Below, one piece after another: positions 53,958 to 62,495 of a DNA stretch of 64,000 nt. The notes under the pieces were generated by a model that saw only the letters and a list, made by a program, of their open reading frames with translations, was not told the origin of the DNA and did not search any database. The DNA is taken from positions 26,167 through 90,166 of the forward strand of contig CBIMYT010000007.1 of assembly GCA_966248215.1 (NCBI GenBank), given 5' to 3'. The DNA comes from an uncultured Methylophilus sp. (GTDB taxonomy: Bacteria > Pseudomonadota > Gammaproteobacteria > Burkholderiales > Methylophilaceae). A program made the translations under genes and the position numbers. Each line of letters begins with the position of its first letter. The stretch's first letter is position 1.

Positions 53958-54953
53958 TTAACCACGTATAAAGTTTTCCAATCGCTTACTTGCCCCTTTG
54001 ATTTGTTCAGGAGCGATATGCGCATACCTTTCGACCATAGCAGAGGTTTTCCAACCACCTAGCTTTTGCAGCTCATGCGTAGGTGTGCCAGCTTGCCTAT
54101 GCCATGTTGCCCAAGTATGCCGCAAGTCATGCCAGCGGAAATCTTCAATCCCAGCACGTTTAAGCGCTTCACGCCATGCGCGTGTATTCAGGTTTGCAAT
54201 TGGGTTTCCTTTATACGTAAAAACGTTTTTAGGATGTTTGCCCTTTTGCTTAAGAATAATTTCCTTGGCTGTTTCTTCGAGATAGACAGGAATCGGACTA
54301 CCATTTTTTGACTTATCCGCTGGCACTGTTAAATAGCCAGTTTCCAAGTCAATCCATGACCATTCCATATTTGAAATATTGCCTTGCCGCAAACCAGTCA
54401 TGGCTGCAAACAAAACAATATCCTGCATATGATCAGGTAATTCCTGCATCAATTGTTCAAACTGCTGTTTTGTTAAAGAACGTTCTCGCCCTCTGGGTTC
54501 TCGGTAGAGTTTGATAAATACAACTTTATCCACCCACTCCCATTCATTCTGGGCTTTGCGCAAAATCGCACGTATTAAAGCAAGGTAGCGATTAACGGTC
54601 GTTTTTTTAGCCTCTTTGAGTTTGGTTACTTTTACCTTATCAATCACCTGTAAGGTAATTTCATCCAGCGTCAAATTGCCAAAAAAAGCATCCAGCCATT
54701 TCAGCTTTTTAATGTCCTCAAGATGCGTTCTTTTGTCACTGGTTTCTTGAAGCCACCTTGTAACCGCCTCATGCCAATAACGTTTAGGTTTAATCCCTAA
54801 GCGTTTTTGCAACCATAAATCAGCAGTTAACTTGTCGTGATACTCTTGCGCCAAGGCTTTATCTGTCGTGCCTGTAGTTTTATAGAGTATCTGACCGTCA
54901 ATGCTAATTTTTGCCCACCAGTTAGGTGAGCCCTTCCGTCGATATAAAGACAT
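53958..54953 (-). CDS. Tyrosine-type site-specific integrase
   Basis: The C-terminal catalytic region has WHDLRHTWATWH (HxLRH) and the tyrosine in MVERYAH. The N-terminal SAM-like arm/core binding region is present. 331 aa. Confidence 0.9.
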   Translation of the reverse strand: MSLYRRKGSPNWWAKISIDGQILYKTTGTTDKALAQEYHDKLTADLWLQKRLGIKPKRYWHEAVTRWLQETSDKRTHLEDIKKLKWLDAFFGNLTLDEITLQVIDKVKVTKLKEAKKTTVNRYLALIRAILRKAQNEWEWVDKVVFIKLYREPRGRERSLTKQQFEQLMQELPDHMQDIVLFAAMTGLRQGNISNMEWSWIDLETGYLTVPADKSKNGSPIPVYLEETAKEIILKQKGKHPKNVFTYKGNPIANLNTRAWREALKRAGIEDFRWHDLRHTWATWHRQAGTPTHELQKLGGWKTSAMVERYAHIAPEQIKGASKRLENFIRG

Positions 54954-54964
54954 AAACTTCCTTT

Positions 54965-55384
54965 CTATGCCTTTACGTCATCCGCTGGTCGATTGTGGCA
55001 TGTACGCGACTTGCCCACAAGCTCCACAGCCTTGCCTTTGGCAACCCGATCGGCTGCCCGTGCGTGGCTGTCGCCCCGCAGCCGATCAGGCGTTGGGCTA
55101 TGGATTTGTGGACAATCGCTCAAGCCAAGCACTTTTAAATATTCTGATTTGGTGGGCGTGATTACAACATCGCTTCTTGTACGCTGTTCTTTTACGATTA
55201 CGTTTTGCTTTTGTTGGTCAGGATTAAAGTTACCACGCAGGAAATCGACAAGATGGCTTTTAAGAAATAGCCATCTCTTACCGGGCTTTGCTGCTGGAAT
55301 AATCCCTGCTTTTGCTTTCTTCGTAAGTGTGATCGGGTGCATTTGCAGTAAAGCTGCGGCCTGTTTGATATTCAGGATTTCCAT
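54965..55384 (-). CDS. Helix-turn-helix (excisionase/MerR-like HTH_17) DNA-binding protein
   Basis: The N-terminus LNIKQAAALLQMHPITLTKKAKAGIIPAAKPGKRWLF is typical of excisionase-family HTH proteins. Its start overlaps the rep stop by 13 nt, and its stop lies 11 nt before the integrase start. Confidence 0.6.
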   Translation of the reverse strand: MEILNIKQAAALLQMHPITLTKKAKAGIIPAAKPGKRWLFLKSHLVDFLRGNFNPDQQKQNVIVKEQRTRSDVVITPTKSEYLKVLGLSDCPQIHSPTPDRLRGDSHARAADRVAKGKAVELVGKSRTCHNRPADDVKA

Positions 55385-56346
55385 GTTTCGTCCTCCTGCA
55401 ATACAGTCGGCAAAAGCGCTGCATAGTTTTCTAAGCGTTTAGGCGTACCCTCACGCCTAATGAGACTTACTACCTCAGCCGCATCACCACGATGTTGCAT
55501 GAGTAAAACATTCACTAACTTTCCCCCCATGTTTCGGAGGTGGTATGTTGCAGCCTCAATGCTAGTTTTTGCTGCTTTACTAATGGTTTTGATTTTTACC
55601 TGTACTTGCGACAAGAAACCTAAACAGGGATATGCAGCTGCCAAGTAGTGAGCAGGATTAGTCAGGATATCCCAAGGAATGATTCTGTCTTTGTCTTTGA
55701 ACTCAACCTCAGCGCGAACCCACAGACTAGACTTATCACCTAACTGTTTGCCCTTCTCATAAATGCGCAATATCTTTCCAGACCCCCTACGCCCTATATA
55801 AAAGGTTCTACCATCACCACTGGCCAAGTCGTCAATCAACGTCGCTTTAACCGCTGTATGCCCTTCCCTTGCACCGTTATGGCTATACATGCCTTGAGAA
55901 TGCCACTGCAATGCTTGTGCGATACTCAATACCTGACCTTCAAAGTCATCGTGAGCTAAGTCTATACGGGTGATTTTACGGGCATGTTCCATACACCATG
56001 CTTGCAGCAATTTCCAATCTGCAATCAATGCACAGCCTTGTGCATTTAGTTGTATGGATGCGGTGCCGCGTTGATTACTGCCGCCATGTGCGATCAAGCC
56101 TAAATTGACTTGACCATCCAAGTGGTGAATGTCGTGGCGCTCTTTGTAGCCGAACCAGCCTTTGCCTGTAGGCTTTAATTCTATTTTTGGGATAAATCGA
56201 CGTAGCTCATTAATCAACCAGACAATGTCGCTGGTTTCAGACAGCTGCACAGTGAAAGCAAGCCAGTCGATATGGGCTATTTGTGGGGAATTGATTCCCC
56301 CCGTAGTTACTAGGCGGGGGGATGATGACGCATTGCTATTTTGCAT
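55372..56346 (-). CDS. Replication initiation factor (Rep_trans / RstA-like)
   Basis: IDWLAFT, ITRIDLAHDD, TFYIGRRGSGKILRIYEKGKQ and WVRAEVEFKDKD, in the family order. ATG at 56346 (GAGG upstream) preferred over the longest ORF start at 56394. Confidence 0.8.
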   Translation of the reverse strand: MQNSNASSSPRLVTTGGINSPQIAHIDWLAFTVQLSETSDIVWLINELRRFIPKIELKPTGKGWFGYKERHDIHHLDGQVNLGLIAHGGSNQRGTASIQLNAQGCALIADWKLLQAWCMEHARKITRIDLAHDDFEGQVLSIAQALQWHSQGMYSHNGAREGHTAVKATLIDDLASGDGRTFYIGRRGSGKILRIYEKGKQLGDKSSLWVRAEVEFKDKDRIIPWDILTNPAHYLAAAYPCLGFLSQVQVKIKTISKAAKTSIEAATYHLRNMGGKLVNVLLMQHRGDAAEVVSLIRREGTPKRLENYAALLPTVLQEDETWKS

Positions 56347-56664
56347 GTTCTCAACCTCATAAAACTTGGGTTGAAAACAGAAAAACCTGCACAACCCAAT
56401 AGTTAATTGGATTGTTAACAGGTTTGCTTTTCCATTATCGGCTTGTTAACTTGCCGGGGAGCTTACCCCGACGGCCGCCTTGCTCAAGGGACGCACTTCG
56501 AGCCTTCGTTTTCAATTATGTTTGCGTAATTTCTGCACCTATACTAAACGATTAAAATCCAGAATGTCAACATAAGATGTGCAGGATGTCGCTGTGCGCA
56601 CTGCCGTGCGCAGCAGGGAGCATCCTGACACATCAACTGTTTTGTTTTATCTATCTTATTGCCT

Positions 56665-57756
56665 TTAAATTGCAGCTTTCAATTTACGTAATACCCCTCT
56701 CTTACCTGCTTTTATAATTTGGCTCTTTAGATATTCTGGAGCTTCAATTTCTTCACCCAGTAAAAATTGAGCAAATGCGCGTGCCAATTTTGATTTTCCT
56801 ATTTTCAAATATTCTCGCAGGTATCTATTACGAAAAAATGGGCTACGTACTGCTTTATACATAATAAGCATTGCATCGTCTTTGCTAGAAGAAATCTCTT
56901 CTTGCAGGCCCAGCCCTGCGAATGATTGCAATTGATTTAAACGATCTGCAGTTATATTGGGAAGCCCATTTTTAACGCATAAAATTAAATGCTGATCATA
57001 CAATGCACCGCCAATTGTTTTTGCAGGTAAGATTTTCGCAATGTGGTAATTCTGAAAACCAAATTCTGAGGCTTTCTTAACCCCATCAGGAGTTCTCTTA
57101 ACGCTATTATGACTTATAAGCATTCCGTCTGTAGCAAGATGATTCATAGCGAATGACACATATGCTTGAGCAGTCTTCGCAGGCATTTCTCCAAAACTTG
57201 AAAAATTTAATATCAAGTCAAATTTATCCAATGAGTCGATATTTTCTGGCTTGCGAAAATCATAGTTTGCATCAGGATGAATTTCCCTTAAATAGTATGT
57301 TGAAAGCTGCAACATTTCAGGCAAATCTATTATTGTATAACTTGCCGGAGTTAACATTCGTGTCAGAATTTCAGCCATTCCTCCGTAGCCAGCTCCAATT
57401 TCAAGAATTCTTAAATTCCTTCTATTTTCGAGTTCAAAAACAATTTTTGCTAATGACAAATTTTTAATATATGGGACGCTGGCCTTGTACCCGAGATGAT
57501 TTATGATCAAGGGCTGTCCAGCTGCAGGTTCAGGATATAAATCTAAATCTTGTGGTGATACATGATGCTTATAACGTTCAACCCAACTTTCAAATTGCTT
57601 TGTATACTCTGCTTCGTCAGTAACGCTCATACCAATACCAATTGCAGCAGCTTTCGATGGATTAAGAAAATCAGGACTCACTGTTTTACCTTGCGAAAGC
57701 TCTTTCCACATTATTGATTTTTCACCGAACATACCCACCCCTTTTTTATATAACAT
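56665..57756 (-). CDS. Class I SAM-dependent methyltransferase (substrate unknown)
   Basis: Motif I LRILEIGAGYGGMAEIL and post-I IIDL. No DPPY/NPPY or C5 motifs, so it is not an obvious DNA methyltransferase. 363 aa and very A+T-rich. Confidence 0.7.
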   Translation of the reverse strand: MLYKKGVGMFGEKSIMWKELSQGKTVSPDFLNPSKAAAIGIGMSVTDEAEYTKQFESWVERYKHHVSPQDLDLYPEPAAGQPLIINHLGYKASVPYIKNLSLAKIVFELENRRNLRILEIGAGYGGMAEILTRMLTPASYTIIDLPEMLQLSTYYLREIHPDANYDFRKPENIDSLDKFDLILNFSSFGEMPAKTAQAYVSFAMNHLATDGMLISHNSVKRTPDGVKKASEFGFQNYHIAKILPAKTIGGALYDQHLILCVKNGLPNITADRLNQLQSFAGLGLQEEISSSKDDAMLIMYKAVRSPFFRNRYLREYLKIGKSKLARAFAQFLLGEEIEAPEYLKSQIIKAGKRGVLRKLKAAI

Positions 57757-58004
57757 TCCATGTTTTTCAATAGACAGGCCGTTGTAATTTTACTTTAACA
57801 ACTATTCGTCCAACTTTCCTGATTTTTCTATTTTGTAATCTTCCCTTGTATCCAAACATTCTAGAATTGAGTGTATAAAATGTCACCATTTTGTCACTCA
57901 AACATAATAGCAATTATAAAATTGTAGCTAATTAACATTACTCTAAGTTAAAGCGGATAACGTAAGGCATTGTTTTTTAGATAACTATTAGAAAATGATT
58001 TAAA

Positions 58005-58053
58005 ACTGTTAATCCGTAGGTCCCTGGTTCGAGCCCAGGTTGAGGAGCCAAAT
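58005..58053 (+). repeat. Right copy of the 49-bp direct repeat (tRNA-Asn 3-prime fragment), attR-like
   Basis: Identical to 48310-48358. The base before it differs (A versus G), and the bases after it differ. Confidence 0.9.
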
Positions 58054-58060
58054 ATAAAAA

Positions 58061-58085
58061 GCCTTGTAGAAATGCAAGGCTTTTT
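58061..58085 (+). terminator. Native tRNA-Asn terminator, now displaced about 9.7 kb from the tRNA
   Basis: GCCTTG(58061-58066)/CAAGGC(58075-58080) followed by a T5 run. Confidence 0.6.
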
Positions 58086-58287
58086 GCTTTTCTGCAGATA
58101 GTCCATTCTTCTCCTGCTTGCCGACCCGCTCTCCTGCAATGCCTGCCAAAAATTCACCTGCGTGGCTAGATGTATATTCAACCGATTAAGACCAACCTAC
58201 ACATTAATCGGAAATACCACCCTTTTTTGTGCCTACGCATGGCTTTAGAGTTGATGCTTTCAACTTGATGAAGGCAAAGGAGTGGTT

Positions 58288-59454
58288 ATGCGCGCATTGA
58301 CTTATCACGGTAGCAAAGATGTCAGAGTAGAGACCGTGCCTGACCCGGTAATCCAGGCTTCTGATGATGTGATCCTGCGGGTGACGGCCACGGCCATTTG
58401 CGGTTCCGACCTGCATCTTTATCGCGGCAAAATACCAATGATGGAAGATGGAGATATTCTCGGTCACGAATTTATGGGTGTGGTGGAGGAAACCGGCCCT
58501 ACAGTCACCAAGATTAAAAAGGGCGACAGGGTCATCATTCCATTTGTCATTGCCTGCGGCCAGTGCTTTTTTTGTGCCAGAAGCCAATATGCGGCATGTG
58601 AGAATACCAATCCTGACCGTGGTGCTTCACTGAACAAGAAAAGCGCCAAACCGCCTGCCGCCTTGTTTGGATATAGCCATCTGTATGGCGGGGTTCCTGG
58701 CGGCCAGGCAGAGCTGGTGCGCGTGCCCAAGGGTAATGCAGGCCCTTTTAAAGTGCCAGGCTCACTGAGCGACGAACAGGTATTATTTCTCACCGATATC
58801 CTGCCTACCGGATACCAGGCTGTGCTCAATGCAGAGATTGGACCAGGCTCGACTGTCGCCATTTTTGGTGCCGGTCCGGTAGGCCTGATGGCAGCCGCCT
58901 GCGCCCGCATGCTGGGTGCGGAAACCATTTTCATGATTGACCACCACCAGTACCGGCTGGATTATGCAGAACAGGTATACGGCACCACGGGCATTAATTT
59001 CGATCAGGTGGACGACCCGGCCGAGGTTATCCTGCAACATACCGGTCATCGCGGTGTAGACGCAAGCATTGATGCCGTGGGTTTTGAAGCCAAAGGCAGT
59101 TTGCTGGAAACCACACTGACGAGCTTGAAAGTCGAAACCAGCAGCGGTGAAGTATTACGCCAGTGCATTGCCGCCACGCGTCGCGGAGGTGTTGTCAGCG
59201 TTCCCGGTGTATATGCCGGCTATATTCATGGCTTCCTGTTCGGTGATGCCTTCGATAAAGGGTTGACTTTCCGCATGGGGCAAACCCATGTGCATCGCTA
59301 TTTATCAGAACTGCTTAACTATATCGAAGAAGGCAAATTGCAGCCGGCAGACATTATCACGCACCGCATGTCGCTGGAAGATGCTGCAAAAGGTTATGAA
59401 ATCTTCAACAACAAGGAAGAAGACTGCCGGAAAGTGGTACTGACGCCCGGCTGA
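58288..59454 (+). CDS. Zinc-dependent medium-chain dehydrogenase (glutathione-independent formaldehyde dehydrogenase-like)
   Basis: GHEFMG zinc ligands, structural zinc Cys cluster ([15 protein letters not shown]), GAGPVGL Rossmann motif. AGGAG lies 6 nt upstream of the ATG at 58288. Confidence 0.78.
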   Translation: MRALTYHGSKDVRVETVPDPVIQASDDVILRVTATAICGSDLHLYRGKIPMMEDGDILGHEFMGVVEETGPTVTKIKKGDRVIIPFVIACGQCFFCARSQYAACENTNPDRGASLNKKSAKPPAALFGYSHLYGGVPGGQAELVRVPKGNAGPFKVPGSLSDEQVLFLTDILPTGYQAVLNAEIGPGSTVAIFGAGPVGLMAAACARMLGAETIFMIDHHQYRLDYAEQVYGTTGINFDQVDDPAEVILQHTGHRGVDASIDAVGFEAKGSLLETTLTSLKVETSSGEVLRQCIAATRRGGVVSVPGVYAGYIHGFLFGDAFDKGLTFRMGQTHVHRYLSELLNYIEEGKLQPADIITHRMSLEDAAKGYEIFNNKEEDCRKVVLTPG

Positions 59455-59663
59455 TAAACAACTCGTCCCGCCACTGTGCATGATGACCGCCCGCTGCGCA
59501 TGCAACTATCCTTGTCAAATATGCTCAATATAATAAAGCCGGCGACCATTTCATTACACGGCGGTCAGGTTTAAAATATCTGACATATCTCTGACGGGCT
59601 ATTTCACGGCGTCATCCGTCAACGTGAACAGCCCTTGCCGGTTACGTTCTTCAAAGGATAAGA

Positions 59664-61124
59664 ATGTCTGATTTAGCATTAACGTTGGCCAGATTCCAGT
59701 TCGGGTTCACCATTTCTTTTCACATCATTTTTCCGGCGATTACCATAGGCCTGGCCAGCTACCTCGCCGTACTGGAAGCCAGCTGGTTAAAAACAAAAAA
59801 AACCGTCTATCTGGATCTCTATCATTTCTGGATCAAGATCTTTTCCCTGTGCTTTGGAATGGGTGTGGTTTCAGGCCTGGTCATGGCCTATCAATTCGGC
59901 ACCAACTGGTCCGGCTTCTCCAGTGTGGCTGGCAGTGTCACCGGTCCTTTACTGGCCTATGAAGTGCTGACGGCTTTTTTTCTGGAAGCCGGATTTCTGG
60001 GAGTAATGTTATTCGGCTGGAACAAGGTCGGTCCGGCACTGCACTTTACTTCGACTGTGATGGTCGCGCTGGGGACACTGGTTTCCGCCACCTGGATTCT
60101 GGCATCCAACAGCTGGATGCAGACACCGCAGGGATTTGAACTTATTGATGGCAAAGTCGTGCCGCTGGACTGGTTTCAAATCATTTTCAATCCTTCCTTT
60201 CCTTACCGCTTGGTCCATATGGTGATTGCTGCCTATCTGGCTACCGCATTACTGGTCGTCGCAGCCGGCGGCTGGCAATTGCTACGTGGCAAAAACAACC
60301 CTGCCGTACGCAAAATGCTGTCCATGGGCTTATGGCTGATTCTGCTGCTTGCGCCGTTGCAAGTAGTGGTTGGCGATATGCATGGCTTGAATACACTGAA
60401 ACATCAGCCGGCCAAAATCGCCGCCATCGAAGCCCACTGGGAGAACAAAGGCGAAGAAGCGACGCCACTGGTGCTGCTGGCCTGGCCGGACATGGCACAG
60501 GAGAAAAATCATTTTGCCGTGGAAATCCCGGTGCTGGGCAGCCTGATCCTGCGTCACTCCCTCACAGAACAGATTCCTGCCCTGAAAGAGTTCCCTGTCC
60601 ATGACAGGCCCAACGCTACCATTATTTTCTGGAGCTTCCGGGTGATGGTCGGGTTGGGCATGCTGATGATACTACTGGCAGGAATTTCTGCCTGGCTACG
60701 CTGGCAAGGCAAGCTGTATGAAAACCGCACTTTCCAGAAATTCTGTATCGCCATGGGGCCAGCCGGTCTGGTTGCCATCCTGGCTGGCTGGTTTACTACA
60801 GAAATCGGCCGCCAGCCGTGGGTGGTATATGGCTTGTTGCGCACGGTGGATGCGGTCACACCGCATACCACCGGCGAAGTCGCCCTGACACTGGGCTTAT
60901 TTGTGGCGATTTATTTCGCGCTGTTTGGCATGGGAACAGTCTATGTTTTACGGCTAATCAACATTGGGCCAGCCACAGGTGAAGCACTGCAAGGAGATGC
61001 GATGTCCATCAATCGCACCGAACTGGATGAGTTTATGGTCGCGCCCGAGTTTCACCCGGACACCCAGCCATCATCGGGCAACACAAACCAATCAACCGAC
61101 AATAAAGCATCAAAGGATCACTAA
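59664..61124 (+). CDS. cydA: Cytochrome bd-type ubiquinol oxidase subunit I (short Q-loop, CIO-like length)
   Basis: LSRFQFGFTISFHIIFP, the GWFTTEIGRQPW motif, 486 aa, multi-TM. Confidence 0.92.
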   Translation: MSDLALTLARFQFGFTISFHIIFPAITIGLASYLAVLEASWLKTKKTVYLDLYHFWIKIFSLCFGMGVVSGLVMAYQFGTNWSGFSSVAGSVTGPLLAYEVLTAFFLEAGFLGVMLFGWNKVGPALHFTSTVMVALGTLVSATWILASNSWMQTPQGFELIDGKVVPLDWFQIIFNPSFPYRLVHMVIAAYLATALLVVAAGGWQLLRGKNNPAVRKMLSMGLWLILLLAPLQVVVGDMHGLNTLKHQPAKIAAIEAHWENKGEEATPLVLLAWPDMAQEKNHFAVEIPVLGSLILRHSLTEQIPALKEFPVHDRPNATIIFWSFRVMVGLGMLMILLAGISAWLRWQGKLYENRTFQKFCIAMGPAGLVAILAGWFTTEIGRQPWVVYGLLRTVDAVTPHTTGEVALTLGLFVAIYFALFGMGTVYVLRLINIGPATGEALQGDAMSINRTELDEFMVAPEFHPDTQPSSGNTNQSTDNKASKDH

Positions 61125-62126
61125 ATGGATTTATCTCTGGTCTGGGCAGTCATTATCCTGTTTGGCATCATGATGTATATCATCATGGATGGCTTTGATT
61201 TGGGCATAGGTATCCTCTATGCATTTTTTAAAGAAAAGGGCGACCGCGACCTGATGATGAATACCGTTGCACCGATCTGGGATGGCAATGAAACCTGGCT
61301 GGTGCTGGGTGGTGCCGGTTTACTGGCGGCCTTTCCACTCGCCTACTCAGTGATCTTGAGTGCTCTTTCGTTGCCATTACTGTTTATGCTGATGGCGCTG
61401 ATTTTCCGTGGCGTCGCCTTCGAGTTCAGATTCAGGGCGCATGATGCTGAACGTCACTTCTGGGACAAGGCGTTTCTATGCGGCTCCATTGCAGCGACAT
61501 TCTTCCAGGGCGTGACGCTGGGCGCCTATTTGCAAGGCATCAAAGTGGTCGATCAGTCCTATGCTGGCGGCCCGCTGGACTGGATTTCACCTTTTTCAAT
61601 TTTCACCGGTTTCGGTTTGCTGGTCACTTATGCCCTGCTGGGCTGCACCTGGCTGATCATGAAAACCGAGGGGGATTTGCAGGCACTCTGTTATAAACTT
61701 TCGCAACGCATTTCAGTCGGTCTGCTAGCCATTATCATGGTGATCAGTATCTGGACGCCATGGATGGATAGCCGCATCGCCGAACGCTGGTTCAGCATGC
61801 CTAATATCCTGTGGCTATCACCGGTCCCGTTGCTGGTGGCTATCGTTTTTTACCGCTTGCAGAAGGCATTGCAGGCAGGTTCGGAAACCACGCCTTTCAT
61901 TTACACTCTCTGCCTGATCCTGCTGGGCTATATGGGTCTGGGGATCAGCATCTGGCCGAATATCATTCCGCCTGACATTTCCATCCAGGCTGCTGCTGCG
62001 CCATTGCAAAGCCAGCTGTTTGCCCTGATAGGCGCGCTTATTATTATTCCGGTTATCCTGATCTACACTGGCTGGGCTTATTATGTTTTCCGTGGCAAGG
62101 TAAATCCTGGCGAGGCTTACCATTGA
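61125..62126 (+). CDS. cydB: Cytochrome bd-type ubiquinol oxidase subunit II
   Basis: MYIIMDGFDLGIGIL, WDGNETWLV, 333 aa. The start directly abuts the cydA stop. Confidence 0.92.
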   Translation: MDLSLVWAVIILFGIMMYIIMDGFDLGIGILYAFFKEKGDRDLMMNTVAPIWDGNETWLVLGGAGLLAAFPLAYSVILSALSLPLLFMLMALIFRGVAFEFRFRAHDAERHFWDKAFLCGSIAATFFQGVTLGAYLQGIKVVDQSYAGGPLDWISPFSIFTGFGLLVTYALLGCTWLIMKTEGDLQALCYKLSQRISVGLLAIIMVISIWTPWMDSRIAERWFSMPNILWLSPVPLLVAIVFYRLQKALQAGSETTPFIYTLCLILLGYMGLGISIWPNIIPPDISIQAAAAPLQSQLFALIGALIIIPVILIYTGWAYYVFRGKVNPGEAYH

Positions 62127-62266
62127 TGGCGGAGACAGGTGCCAAAAGCAGTCTGGGTAAAAAAATCGGCTGGCTGGTCCTGATATGGGCGGCAAGTGTT
62201 GCCAGCCTGGCCGCTGTCAGTCTGTTAATTAAATTATTGATGAAGCTTGCCGGCTTTCACAGTTAA
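62126..62266 (+). CDS. Small membrane protein, DUF2474-like (not in the supplied ORF track)
   Basis: Hand translation gives MAETGAKSSLGKKIGWLVLIWAASVASLAAVSLLIKLLMKLAGFHS (46 aa). The ATG overlaps the cydB stop (TGATG). It resembles small proteins that follow cioB-type genes. Confidence 0.55.
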   Translation: MAETGAKSSLGKKIGWLVLIWAASVASLAAVSLLIKLLMKLAGFHS

Positions 62267-62495
62267 GACAACAGAACTCTGGGGGCTATCAAACACAGCT
62301 CTTTATTGAGGCAATAAACCCGGAAAAGCTGGCCAGACACGAAACCTGCACCGTACAGTGTGAAACTTTCCACCGTTAACGATAGCCTATCCCTTTTAAA
62401 TAAATAATATTTTTTGCGCAGCGTTTTGCTTGCCTGTTCAAATCCAATACGTTTACCATGCGACTAGTGATTCCCATACTGACTTCACCTACCGT

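Larger units (their letters stand above)
53893..58004. mobile_element. Integrative element B (approx 4.1 kb): tyrosine integrase, HTH/excisionase-like gene, Rep, structured noncoding region, SAM methyltransferase
   Basis: The integrase sits next to the att-like joint at 53884-53933. The right end is the 49-bp tRNA repeat at 58005-58053. Composition is A+T-richer than the flanks. Confidence 0.65.

Noticed and set aside
58204-58587. 127-aa minus-strand ORF just right of the island.
   Set aside because: It overlaps the start region of the well-supported zinc dehydrogenase gene in antisense and has no motifs.
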